Shown piece after piece: positions 1-8,785 of a stretch of DNA of 64,000 bases. The stretch is from a virus. Location: IMG/VR virus record IMGVR_UViG_3300020154_000115, one strand, 5' to 3'. Positions within the stretch are counted from its first letter, which is position 1. Every line of letters starts with the position of its first letter. The position numbers and the translations under genes are program-made. The notes under the pieces are model-generated. The model saw only the letters and a program-made list of their open reading frames with translations, made no database searches and was not told the origin of the DNA.

Positions 1-705
1 AGCCATCAAAATGGGGTAATGCATCATCTCGTGTGGATTCGGAATACGCGCCGGGTCATCTACGAAAAGACCAAAAAACTCAAACAATAAATTGCTGCCA
101 ATAAGCAACTCGAGTGCACCCCCTTGTGATTTGATGTATTCATCCGTATATACATGTTCAGCATAGTTTACACCGAACTTTTCGTAATCAGGGTGAAACT
201 GAAATACATATTCCGGAGGAGGCAATGTAGCAAAGCCATAACCGATCACGGCAAGGGATAAAATAAACCCCGCCAACGGACCCGCCAGACCAATATCAAA
301 ATGTTGAACATTGGAATGTACTTTTGAACGGATGCGGATGATAGCTCCCATGGTTCCAATAAAACTTGGAATAAAGGGAATCGGTGGAAAGGGAATATAG
401 TACGGAAGGGAGGCTTTAATTTTGTGGTACATCGCCGTGAAGTAGTGGCCAAACTCATGCACGGTTAATATCAGTAAGAACGGTATGGAAAATTGTAATC
501 CACTGAAAAAATCACTCCATGTATAACCCGGATTGAAGGCCACACCATACGTTTCGTGACCCACGTAAATGGTCTTTCCAAAACATAACTCAGCACCTGC
601 AAACGTGGTGGTGATACAGGTAAAAAGAAACAATCCAACCTGTTTCAATATTCTTTGAGTCTCCTTCGGGGGCGTGCTCTTATCCTCTTCCATTAATTCA
701 TCCAT
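1..705 (-). CDS. Site-2 protease (M50) family membrane metalloprotease, host gene, 3' end outside window
   Basis: Manual translation from ATG at 705: MDELMEEDK...LILTVHEFGHYFTA (HExxH)...IGTMGAIIRI...FDIGLAGPLAG. Missing from the ORF track because it runs off the edge. Confidence 0.9.
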   Translation of the reverse strand, partial: MDELMEEDKSTPPKETQRILKQVGLFLFTCITTTFAGAELCFGKTIYVGHETYGVAFNPGYTWSDFFSGLQFSIPFLLILTVHEFGHYFTAMYHKIKASLPYYIPFPPIPFIPSFIGTMGAIIRIRSKVHSNVQHFDIGLAGPLAGFILSLAVIGYGFATLPPPEYVFQFHPDYEKFGVNYAEHVYTDEYIKSQGGALELLIGSNLLFEFFGLFVDDPARIPNPHEMMHYPILMA

Positions 706-707
706 GA

Positions 708-1328
708 TTACTTATTGAAATGTTTGATCACCATATCGGGATGTGTAACATGAACGGTTTGTATTCCAAGGGCCTTAGCAGCTGCAATGTTATCTGCATT
801 ATCGTCAAGAAAAAGTGTTTCGTTTTCCAACAATCCGTTTTCATCAAGTACCTGCCTGAAGATTGAAGCCTCTGGTTTTCGTTTGCCCATGAGATGTGAA
901 TAATAACACCGGTGGAAATAACGGTCCAGCGAATCTACCGAAACCAATGGAGGCAGAATGATTGAGTTGATGTAATTTAAATGAATGTGATTCGTATTGC
1001 TCAACAAAAAAACCTTGTATTGTGTTTTTAATTCCAGTAGCAGATCCAGTTTGGCTTTCGGAATGCCAAGAAGCATCGCATTCCAACACCGGTCAAGATC
1101 GCTATCGGAAGCAGAAATATCGTAAACGCGACGTACAAAATCCCGAAATTCCCGATCGTTTATTTCTCCACGCTCATACTGTTCGAACTCCGGAGAAGCG
1201 ACGAACAACGCTTTTACTTTATCCAGCGATAATCGAGACAGCCGGGCAAACGATTCAAGCGAATCGATCACCGACAAATCCAGAATAACGCCGCCCAGAT
1301 CAAAAATCAGGTTTTTCAGAATGGCCAT
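708..1328 (-). CDS. HAD family phosphatase (host)
   Basis: Motif I FDLGGV, motif II LLSNTN, GKRKP and FLDD motifs. Confidence 0.92.
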   Translation of the reverse strand: MAILKNLIFDLGGVILDLSVIDSLESFARLSRLSLDKVKALFVASPEFEQYERGEINDREFRDFVRRVYDISASDSDLDRCWNAMLLGIPKAKLDLLLELKTQYKVFLLSNTNHIHLNYINSIILPPLVSVDSLDRYFHRCYYSHLMGKRKPEASIFRQVLDENGLLENETLFLDDNADNIAAAKALGIQTVHVTHPDMVIKHFNK

Positions 1329-1359
1329 AAATTGTTTTGCAAATGTTTGTAAATAAATA

Positions 1360-1380
1360 AAGCGCCCGGCTGGGGCGCTT
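1360..1380 (-). terminator. Intrinsic terminator downstream of the tRNA 3' fragment
   Basis: AAGCGCCC-GGCTG-GGGCGCTT hairpin followed on the minus strand by TATTTATTT. Confidence 0.65.
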
Positions 1381-1400
1381 CTAACTGTCTGATTATCAAG

Positions 1401-1442
1401 TGGGCCCAGTAGGGCACGATCCTACGACCCCCTGATTATGAG
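1401..1442 (-). tRNA. 3' half of a CAU-anticodon tRNA (probably tRNA-Ile2); prophage att core remnant, not an intact tRNA
   Basis: Minus strand reads CTCATAA TCAGG GGGTC GTAGG-ATCGTGC-CCTAC TGGGCCC A (anticodon loop, T-arm, acceptor 3' strand, discriminator). Upstream sequence (GGGATGCTGT) does not provide the 5' anticodon stem or D-arm. Confidence 0.85.
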
Positions 1443-1533
1443 ACAGCATCCCTGGTTTAGATAATACATGATAATCAATGGGTTGTAAGTTGAACAAATG
1501 ATAATTGCATAGTATTGACATAGTAAACACACC

Positions 1534-1929
1534 TTAAACCTCTACCAAGGCGTTGTTTAAACATTCTTCTTTAAGTTTTTTTTTTGCTGTTTCCTGAACC
1601 GAAAGGGTAACCTTTTTCAACTGATCCAGCAGTTGTATCTTTTCATGAATATCGGCGAATTGCTGCTTCAGCAAATCAACTTCGGTTCTCAGCGATCCTT
1701 CTGAACCGTTCTCTCCAGTCAGCAACCATCTTATGTCGATATCTTTCATCAGCGGATGCATCATTATCGCCGCGAAAATGTCTGTTCTACATCTGCCCGT
1801 CTGTAGAAGATTATTAATCTGGTTATTCGAAATGCTGCACTCCCTTTCAAACTTCCTGTAGTTGTCTATTTTCTTGACTTTCAGCACTTGCTCAAAGCGC
1901 TGAACGAATTGAGATCTTTCCGCCTCCAT
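1534..1929 (-). CDS. CI-like HTH repressor (XRE-type) with C-terminal coiled coil
   Basis: Helical N-domain ending in IRWLLTGENG, typical of Bacteroidota phage repressors; divergent from the early operon. Confidence 0.7.
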   Translation of the reverse strand: MEAERSQFVQRFEQVLKVKKIDNYRKFERECSISNNQINNLLQTGRCRTDIFAAIMMHPLMKDIDIRWLLTGENGSEGSLRTEVDLLKQQFADIHEKIQLLDQLKKVTLSVQETAKKKLKEECLNNALVEV

Positions 1930-1957
1930 AATTTATTAGGTTAGTTGGGTATTTTCC

Positions 1958-2035
1958 TGTCGATATATTTTGAAATATTGTAGAATATTTTCGACTATTG
2001 TAAAGCTGTTCGACATCCTGTCGAAACATTCTGCA
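1958..2035. promoter_or_regulatory. Four tandem operator-like sites in the immunity switch
   Basis: TGTCGAT-ATAT-TTTGAAA (1958), TGTAGAA-TATT-TTCGACT (1979), TGTAAAG-CTG-TTCGACA (1999), TGTCGAA-ACA-TTCTGCA (2019); ~20-bp periodicity. Confidence 0.7.
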
Positions 2036-2078
2036 ACTGATCGATTCATTTAAAATTAAACAAAATGGGAACACACAA

Positions 2079-2291
2079 ATGGAAAACGTTGAAAACGCCG
2101 TCGAAACGTGGTCTATCACCGCTAAAAAGGCACCTAAGCCCTTAGAGAAGGCTGTTCTGGATTACATGGCATATGTGCAGCTGTCTGAAAACAGAACGCT
2201 GGGAAAGCCTGAAGCAATCGTGGAACTTCTTCAAAAGGGTGTAGAAGCTTTTCGAAATGAATATGGTAAAAAACTTATGCCAGCCGGCTAG
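2079..2291 (+). CDS. Small Cro-position regulator (possibly ribbon-helix-helix)
   Basis: 70 aa, first gene divergent from the repressor; beta-then-helix pattern. Confidence 0.5.
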   Translation: MENVENAVETWSITAKKAPKPLEKAVLDYMAYVQLSENRTLGKPEAIVELLQKGVEAFRNEYGKKLMPAG

Positions 2292-2565
2292 GCTACTGCC
2301 ACCAGAACTTGAGGAACTCCTGGGACCGGATGACCTCAAATACGCAAGAGACAAAGCAAACGTAGGTCCCCGTCAAGCCAGAAACCTGATGGCGGGGAAA
2401 AGCAAGAACTTCATTTTTTTGAAAGCGCTCATGGAAAGAATAAGGGCCAATGAGCAGCTGATGATTGAGGTGGAACTAACAACACAACGGATTAAGGGCA
2501 TGCAAAGCATTGGAAATATGGGACAACAACCACTCCAAAAAAATGTAACACCGAATGCAGGATGA
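2257..2565 (+). CDS. Putative HTH DNA-binding protein (start uncertain)
   Basis: DLKYARDKANVGPRQARNLMAGK resembles an HTH; CII-like position. Confidence 0.4.
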   Translation: MNMVKNLCQPARLLPPELEELLGPDDLKYARDKANVGPRQARNLMAGKSKNFIFLKALMERIRANEQLMIEVELTTQRIKGMQSIGNMGQQPLQKNVTPNAG

Positions 2566-3166
2566 GTCTATAAGACTCCCTGTTGACTTCTGTGAACACC
2601 CGCTTTATCCAAAGAAACGATTTACCAAATACGAGGCCTTCCTGGACCTTCTATTCACCAGCTATCCGACCGGTCAGCTAAGTACTGTAAGGGAGTACGC
2701 CGACCGATGGAGATGGCCGATGCCGAAGACATTCAGGTTCCTCAATGACCTAACTACGATGGAACTACTCTCTAAAAAGAGATTAACGTATTCCGTACGA
2801 AAAGCTGAAACTTGGTTTGATGAAGGTGCTAAGGACGCCTCAGAACAGGAGGCTCTGGTTGGTCAGGTTATGATGGAATTTAATCGAATCATGGATCGAA
2901 GGGTTTCACTCAACGATGCCAAGAAGCGCGCAATCCGGGCAAGGATCCGCGAGGGAGCACGAATGAAACCGCCTGTAGGTCTGAAGCAATTTGTAGCGGT
3001 GTTTGAGTTTAAGAAAAAGGAATGGGCCGGTTCTGAAATGGACCGCCATCTCGAAATAGAAACACTCTGTGCCGCTAAACATTTCTTCAAGTACCTGGAT
3101 CAGGCTCGTGACGCATTCCGAAAAGGAGATAAAACCAAACTACAAGAACCAGCTTTCAAGGTATGA
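2555..3166 (+). CDS. Phage replication initiator with conserved phage C-terminal domain
   Basis: N-terminal HPLY..YEAFLDLL wHTH-like segment; C-terminal IRARIREG..KKKEW..HLEIETL..HFFKYL; directly precedes DnaB. Confidence 0.7.
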   Translation: MQDESIRLPVDFCEHPLYPKKRFTKYEAFLDLLFTSYPTGQLSTVREYADRWRWPMPKTFRFLNDLTTMELLSKKRLTYSVRKAETWFDEGAKDASEQEALVGQVMMEFNRIMDRRVSLNDAKKRAIRARIREGARMKPPVGLKQFVAVFEFKKKEWAGSEMDRHLEIETLCAAKHFFKYLDQARDAFRKGDKTKLQEPAFKV

Positions 3167-4641
3167 TAGGATCACGATCGTCATTTTCCTCTGATCAGAC
3201 CCCTCCACACGACATCGATATCGAGGAGTATGTCATAGGAGCTGCACTTCTGGAGAAGTCCGCTCAACAAGTCGTAGTGGAAATGCTTACCGATAGTGAT
3301 TTCCATGACTCATGTCACGCTTTAATATTTAGCGCCATGCTTGATATGGCTAAAGACGGACAGCCAATCAACATGAGAAGCATAGTCCACCATCTGAAGA
3401 CTAAAAATTCTTTAGAAACAGCTGGGGGAGCTTTTAAAATTGCTGAGCTGACATCAAAGGTTAGTTCTGCTGCAGACCTGAGGTTCAGCTGTCTTATTTT
3501 GAAGCAATTCACGATTAAACGATCCCTTATCACAATGGGGATGCAGCTGCAGAGGAAAGGAATGTTAGACGATGTTGATTCTTTTGACTTGCTGAATGAA
3601 GCTGAAAAAACACTTCAGTCCATTACAAACAATCTACCCAAAAAGTCAGAGACATCGATCAAGGATATCCTTACCAAGCTCACTAATGCGATCCAGGTAA
3701 GAGAAAATGCTGACTATAGTTTAACCGGCATTCCTTCAGGGTTTCCGATGATCGACAAGCTGACTCAAGGATGGCAGCGTACGGACCTGATCATTATTGC
3801 GGCCAGACCAGGGATGGGTAAAAGTGCTTTCGTCCTTCAGTGCCTTATGAATGCGGCGGTAGACTTCAAGATACCGGTAGGGCTTTTTTCTCTCGAAATG
3901 TCCTCTGATCAGCTAGGTCAGAGGGCCGCGTCAATCGCAACAGAGATACCGTTGACCACTATCCGGTCTAGGCCATTTGATGGGTTAGAGTGGACTAATT
4001 ACGCTAACAAAATTTCCAAGCTGATGAACGCGCCCGTATTCATCGATGATACAGCGGGGCTTACCATCCTGGAGCTAAGGGCTCGCTGCCGAAGAATGGT
4101 TGCGGAACACGGAGTCCAGTTGATTGTAATTGACTACCTGCAACTCATGGCCGGGGATAAGCAATCACGGGGGAACCGGGAGCAGGAAATCAGTAATATA
4201 TCGAGAGCACTGAAGGGAATTGCCAAAGAACTCAACATTCCGATTCTAGCACTAAGTCAGCTCTCCCGCGCTGTTGAAACAAGAGGAGGAGATAAAAAAC
4301 CTCTTCTCGCTGATTTGCGTGAGTCAGGATCGATCGAACAGGATGCGGACATAGTTGTATTCCTATGGAGGCCTGAATACTATAGCATCGAAGCTGATTC
4401 CATTGGTGAATTCCTCCCAGGTGCAACCGAAGTGAATTTTGCAAAGCACCGTAACGGTTCAACTGATAGAGTATTCATCCAATTCGTTCCGAAGTTCACA
4501 AAGTTCCAGCATGTAGAATGGCCGTACATCTACAATCCAAAATCAGAACCACAACCATTGGAAAGACCGCTTCGGGTTTGGACCGAACCGGAACCCCCTC
4601 CATTGTGGACACAACCAGACAACCAAGACACACCTTTCTAA
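3163..4641 (+). CDS. dnaB: Replicative DNA helicase
   Basis: PPHDIDIEEYVIGA N-domain, Walker A AARPGMGKS, FSLEMS, IVIDYLQL, LSQLSRAVE, DLRESGSIEQDAD, AKHRNG. Confidence 0.97.
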   Translation: MIGSRSSFSSDQTPPHDIDIEEYVIGAALLEKSAQQVVVEMLTDSDFHDSCHALIFSAMLDMAKDGQPINMRSIVHHLKTKNSLETAGGAFKIAELTSKVSSAADLRFSCLILKQFTIKRSLITMGMQLQRKGMLDDVDSFDLLNEAEKTLQSITNNLPKKSETSIKDILTKLTNAIQVRENADYSLTGIPSGFPMIDKLTQGWQRTDLIIIAARPGMGKSAFVLQCLMNAAVDFKIPVGLFSLEMSSDQLGQRAASIATEIPLTTIRSRPFDGLEWTNYANKISKLMNAPVFIDDTAGLTILELRARCRRMVAEHGVQLIVIDYLQLMAGDKQSRGNREQEISNISRALKGIAKELNIPILALSQLSRAVETRGGDKKPLLADLRESGSIEQDADIVVFLWRPEYYSIEADSIGEFLPGATEVNFAKHRNGSTDRVFIQFVPKFTKFQHVEWPYIYNPKSEPQPLERPLRVWTEPEPPPLWTQPDNQDTPF

Positions 4642-4652
4642 TTTTTAACCTT

Positions 4653-5435
4653 ATGGAATTATCAAAACTACTTTTCCTGGACATTGAAACTGTCCGACAA
4701 ACAAAGGCCTTAAGCATGCTTGATGAACGTGGCCGGGAGTTATTCAAAAAGAAGTTCCGTCACCAGATTGATGAAGAATTAAAGCTCTACGTAAGATCTG
4801 AAGATCCTGGAGCCGTAGAGCTATTCCGGGAGACTGCAGAGGAAGATGTTTATAAAACACAAGCCGCACTATCACCTGAGTTCGGAAGGATAGTATGCAT
4901 CTCCTGTGCAATGATTAAGGGCGATGAACTCAAAATCAAATCCTATTACGGTGATGATGAGAACATGATCCTTTCTGACTTCTGCACTAACGTTCTTAAC
5001 GTTTACGACATCCTGTGCCTGGTTGGCCACAATGGTAAAGGCTTCGACTTTCCATACCTCACCATCCGGATGTTGGCCAACAAGTTAACAATACCAAAAA
5101 AGCTGCAAGTAATGAACCTGAAACCGTGGGAGATGCCCTTCATGGACACTCAGCAAATATGGCAATTCGGAAACGGCAGACATTGGGCTTCACTGGATCT
5201 TGTCGCCTATACCCTTGGCCTCCCTTCTCCAAAAGATCAAATGGACGGATCACAGGTTGGAGGCTGGTACTTCGGTGAGATCAAAGATGCCATTCTCCCA
5301 CCCTTCGAGGAACGCATTAAAAAGATCGCCCAGTACTGCGAAAAAGATACGGCGGTGATGGCCAATTGCTTTCTCCTTATCCATGGCTACAACGCTATTA
5401 CTGAAGGTAAAATCAAATATTCTATACACTCATGA
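4653..5435 (+). CDS. Stand-alone PolB-like DEDD 3'-5' exonuclease
   Basis: LFLDIETV (ExoI), GHNGKGFDFPYL (ExoII), YCEKD (ExoIII); start set at MELSK because the longer ORF overlaps dnaB. Confidence 0.85.
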   Translation: MELSKLLFLDIETVRQTKALSMLDERGRELFKKKFRHQIDEELKLYVRSEDPGAVELFRETAEEDVYKTQAALSPEFGRIVCISCAMIKGDELKIKSYYGDDENMILSDFCTNVLNVYDILCLVGHNGKGFDFPYLTIRMLANKLTIPKKLQVMNLKPWEMPFMDTQQIWQFGNGRHWASLDLVAYTLGLPSPKDQMDGSQVGGWYFGEIKDAILPPFEERIKKIAQYCEKDTAVMANCFLLIHGYNAITEGKIKYSIHS

Positions 5436-5623
5436 GAAAACCACTTTATAAACTTCGCGCAAAATCTTCACAACAACAGCCAGAATTAGTCGCAGTCCTG
5501 GAAGCCGATCGCAACATTGTAAAATTCTATCCCTTCTCCCCGGAGAAGAGACGAGAGGATATCCAACAAATGTCTTTTCATGCTTTTTCAGAAAAGTATG
5601 TTTTGCATGGATTTCAAAAATAG
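5432..5623 (+). CDS. Hypothetical phage protein
   Basis: ATGA overlap with upstream gene in a tightly packed operon. Confidence 0.55.
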   Translation: MRKPLYKLRAKSSQQQPELVAVLEADRNIVKFYPFSPEKRREDIQQMSFHAFSEKYVLHGFQK

Positions 5624-5792
5624 GGATGAAAAAAAACGCGCTAAGCTGGAAGCATTTTACGGCCACATCCAGCTGACTGAACAGGAGGAAAAGGATGCCC
5701 TCCTGGAAATGAAGATTCAAAAGTACTTCCACGAAAAAAGCAAACCCTATTGGGATGAGCTGGAAGGCAATAAAAAGGGAACAACAACTTAA
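5607..5792 (+). CDS. Hypothetical phage protein
   Basis: Operon packing; start MDFKN chosen. Confidence 0.55.
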   Translation: MDFKNRDEKKRAKLEAFYGHIQLTEQEEKDALLEMKIQKYFHEKSKPYWDELEGNKKGTTT

Positions 5793-5803
5793 CCTAACTC
5801 AAA

Positions 5804-6229
5804 ATGACACATGAAGAATATTTCGCGAAAAGGGATCAGCGAAATCATTGGCGCTACATGTATAGCCTCACTGAAGATTTTGAAACAGCACGGGATCTAT
5901 TCAATGAATTCCAGGCACTATCACTAGAGTGCATCGCTCATGAACAGGAGTATCCTGACATCAAAGAACATTACAGGTTTAAAGCTCCACCCTGGCCAAT
6001 GGCCACGGACTGTTGCAAGTCAATGTTCTATACTCACTTCGTTGGAGAAAACGAATCAGTGCGAAGATCTATATGCTGTAAGTGTGACAACATGACAACA
6101 CTGCATTACCTCACCGTTGAGGAGTACAATGCCAATTTAGGTACCAGGAGAACAAAGGAGGAGTTTGAAGAATTGTGGTTAGAAGGCACCGGTCCTTATG
6201 TAGCGGAACGTCTAATCACAGCGAAATGA
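5804..6229 (+). CDS. Hypothetical protein with Cys pairs (possible Zn-binding)
   Basis: DCCKS and ICCKCD; operon packing. Confidence 0.6.
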   Translation: MTHEEYFAKRDQRNHWRYMYSLTEDFETARDLFNEFQALSLECIAHEQEYPDIKEHYRFKAPPWPMATDCCKSMFYTHFVGENESVRRSICCKCDNMTTLHYLTVEEYNANLGTRRTKEEFEELWLEGTGPYVAERLITAK

Positions 6230-6558
6230 TCCACCTGACATGTGATGAATTTGTTGCGAAATACGGTACGGATAACACCGTCTTTCTTGAAATCAACAGC
6301 CCGACACCGGTTGATATCGTGGAGATGCTTTTTAAAGAACCAGATACACTCCTGGAGTTCACTGATTACTTCACACTTCTGGATCCGCACTCTGATGATC
6401 GGCACTATTGCTCTTATGATGTCGGGTACATATTCCAGAAAGGGATGATCACTAAGCATCTGGTAAGGGTAACATTCTATCAATCCCGCGATGAGATGGA
6501 GTTGTACCAATCCATCGGAAGAACGAAAGACTTAACTCCTCACCCAATCCATAATTAG
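6226..6558 (+). CDS. Hypothetical phage protein
   Basis: ATGA overlap; start MIHLT. Confidence 0.6.
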   Translation: MIHLTCDEFVAKYGTDNTVFLEINSPTPVDIVEMLFKEPDTLLEFTDYFTLLDPHSDDRHYCSYDVGYIFQKGMITKHLVRVTFYQSRDEMELYQSIGRTKDLTPHPIHN

Positions 6559-6559
6559 C

Positions 6560-6901
6560 ATGCTCGGTAGCAGAAAATATGAAACCCAGGCCACGGTCTA
6601 TAAAGAAATCGGTGGGCCAAACTGGAAAACAAAAGTGACACATGAGAATGCGCTCATTCTTATCGAAAAGCTGAAGAAAACAGGAATGCAGGATAAACAC
6701 GGCAATCCGTTGGATCACATGGTTATCGATAAGATTAAACGATTGAAAGAGTTCCACTCCTACGTAACAGCCGCGCTTGAAAATGGTCACAAGGTGCACT
6801 GTGGAACGTGCGGTGGGTTCTTGTACGAAGAAGCAAACACACTGCTCACGCTGGCTGAATACGAAGGTCGCAAATGTCCCCATCCAAGTAAATGCAAGTA
6901 A
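6560..6901 (+). CDS. Zn-ribbon-containing hypothetical protein
   Basis: HCGTCGG and CPHPSKC motifs. Confidence 0.6.
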   Translation: MLGSRKYETQATVYKEIGGPNWKTKVTHENALILIEKLKKTGMQDKHGNPLDHMVIDKIKRLKEFHSYVTAALENGHKVHCGTCGGFLYEEANTLLTLAEYEGRKCPHPSKCK

Positions 6902-7086
6902 TAATACCAAAATACTGGACATGTCCCAGTTGTAAGAAAACCCACGTGGTCGTCAAGGATCAGCCCGTAATGTGTAGTGGTCCTGGCCATGATACTTACA
7001 TCAGTTATGCTTACTGGACTTACAGGGTTCAGGGCAAGGAAGAAAAGGAGACTCCAAAACCGAATACTCAAACACAATTATTCTGA
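6892..7086 (+). CDS. Small Zn-finger protein
   Basis: CPSCKK and CSGPGH motifs. Confidence 0.5.
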   Translation: MQVIIPKYWTCPSCKKTHVVVKDQPVMCSGPGHDTYISYAYWTYRVQGKEEKETPKPNTQTQLF

Positions 7087-7098
7087 GGATTATGATTA

Positions 7099-7530
7099 AT
7101 GATAACCTGCAAGAAATGCAAAAGACATGTTCCCATTGAAAATAAAGATACCGGCCTGTGCGCTTCATGTAACGGTGAAAGCCGCGATCAGTCAGAATTG
7201 TATCCGCAGATCAAAAAGGAATTCATCCGTATGGCCATCAAAGCAGGTGCTACATGCCCGCGCTGTGGTAAAGAGGTTGATTCAACTTTTGATATCCATC
7301 ACAAAGCCGGAAGGATCGGTTATGCTGACCAGTGGGCTCGTGATCTTGATATCCCGCTGCTTCTGGATGTGCGCTTCTTTCTCCCTGTTGATCGGGAATG
7401 TCATAACTGGATTGAGCTGCATCCTATCGTGGCTAAAAAAAGAGGTTGGTCATATGGAAGACTCGCAATACTTAAAAGTCCTCTGTCTGATGAAGAGCAT
7501 GACCGGATCAAAAAAGCATTGGGTAAATAA
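7099..7530 (+). CDS. HNH-type nuclease-like protein
   Basis: CPRCGK..DIHHKAGR..LPVDRECHNWIE; additional N-terminal CKKC/CASC. Confidence 0.7.
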   Translation: MITCKKCKRHVPIENKDTGLCASCNGESRDQSELYPQIKKEFIRMAIKAGATCPRCGKEVDSTFDIHHKAGRIGYADQWARDLDIPLLLDVRFFLPVDRECHNWIELHPIVAKKRGWSYGRLAILKSPLSDEEHDRIKKALGK

Positions 7531-7805
7531 TGGGGCCACAGAAAATGCCTGAAGAAAAAGACGATTTAAAAAACAAGAATGAATACATCATCGAAATCAA
7601 AGTTTACGAACCTATCCTCGGATATGAGTTACCAGTTTTCCTTCCGCAGGAATTATTTCGACACTCCCGGGAGGGCTCCGTAGTCCCTCCTGGATATCAC
7701 AAACTTCGAATCATTGAAACAAGGGCGGTGGTCGAAGGTGTGATGGAAATGCTCAACTCCGTCAGAGCAATGAAAGTTATCGGATTACATCAAGTATCAT
7801 TTTAA
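7530..7805 (+). CDS. Hypothetical phage protein
   Basis: TAATG coupling with upstream gene. Confidence 0.55.
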   Translation: MGPQKMPEEKDDLKNKNEYIIEIKVYEPILGYELPVFLPQELFRHSREGSVVPPGYHKLRIIETRAVVEGVMEMLNSVRAMKVIGLHQVSF

Positions 7806-7813
7806 TAAACACA

Positions 7814-8170
7814 ATGGAAACAACAAGAATCGCAACAATCGCAACAATCGCAAAAGTATGTCACCAAGCCAATAAAGCTTTTTGTGAAGCCAATGGTGAT
7901 TTCTCTCAGAGAGACTGGGATGAAGCCGAAGCATGGCAACGTGAATCTGCAATTAAGGGTGTAGACTACCGTTTAAAAAATCCGGAAGGACCTCCTTCAG
8001 CACAGCATGACGCGTGGATGAAGGATAAAATCGAAAACGGATGGATCTACGGTCCTGAAAAAAATACAGTGACGAAAGAGCATCCGTGCATTGTTCCCTA
8101 TGAACAACTGCCGGAATTCCAGCGCAAGAAAGATCATCTCTTCCAGGGTATAGTAGATGCCCTGAAATAA
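7814..8170 (+). CDS. RyR-domain protein
   Basis: QHDAWMKDKIENGWIYGPEKNTVTKEHPCIVPYEQLPEFQRKKD. Confidence 0.85.
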   Translation: METTRIATIATIAKVCHQANKAFCEANGDFSQRDWDEAEAWQRESAIKGVDYRLKNPEGPPSAQHDAWMKDKIENGWIYGPEKNTVTKEHPCIVPYEQLPEFQRKKDHLFQGIVDALK

Positions 8171-8215
8171 ATCAGTTACTCCATTAATAATTTTTTAGTC
8201 ACTAAACCCCCAACC

Positions 8216-8785
8216 ATGAAACAACAGGGAACAACATGGATTAATGCTGAAGGGCAGCAAGTCCCTTCCAAGTATGTGCAGCCTTATGAGAAGATTGCAG
8301 AAAAAATCGGTCAGACATTAGCCGCAGAAGCGGAACGCCTGGAAAAGGCACTGTTTGAAGCAAAGAGGTCTTTCCTTAAAGCGGCCGATGAAATGTATGC
8401 CCGGCACAAAGCCAAAAACAACGACCAGGATGTAAACAGTTTTGTATTCTACACTTTCGATAAAGGGTATAAAATCGAAGTCGATCGCAAAGCCAAATCA
8501 GTTCGCATTTACAGAGCAAACAAGCCGAATCCGAAAGTAAAGGATTATACCATTGTCATTCTCGAATTCTCATCCATAGGCATCGACACGGCTCCTGAAG
8601 TTGAAGAGGCAACCGTTGCTCCTCCAAAGGAAAGAAAACCATTACCTGAAGTGTTTGATAACTCAGACGTTGATCAGGAGTTAATGATGCTAACAGAACA
8701 GCAACATGCAATGGCCGAAGAAAACCAGAGTGAAATTGTAGGTGGCGGTCCTGATGGCCCGACTGATGATAAAGAAGAATACTAA
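8216..8785 (+). CDS. DUF3164-like protein with acidic C-terminal tail
   Basis: WINAEGQQVP..helical..SFVFYTFDKGYKIEV resembles the N-half of DUF3164. Confidence 0.55.
   Translation: MKQQGTTWINAEGQQVPSKYVQPYEKIAEKIGQTLAAEAERLEKALFEAKRSFLKAADEMYARHKAKNNDQDVNSFVFYTFDKGYKIEVDRKAKSVRIYRANKPNPKVKDYTIVILEFSSIGIDTAPEVEEATVAPPKERKPLPEVFDNSDVDQELMMLTEQQHAMAEENQSEIVGGGPDGPTDDKEEY

Noticed and set aside
1401-1470. Intact tRNA gene
   Set aside because: No D-arm, 5' acceptor strand or 5' anticodon stem can be formed.
1443-1533. Integrase next to this att site
   Set aside because: Only ~90 bp lie before the repressor stop and no tyrosine or serine recombinase motifs are seen in the window; the gene is presumably beyond 64000.
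4518-4652. N-terminal extension of the exonuclease given by the ORF track
   Set aside because: It overlaps the dnaB 3' end; an AT-rich RBS-like stretch precedes the ATG at 4653.
7828-7853. AATCGCAAC x3 as a CRISPR or iteron repeat
   Set aside because: Only 26 bp, inside a CDS, encoding RIATIATIA; no spacers.
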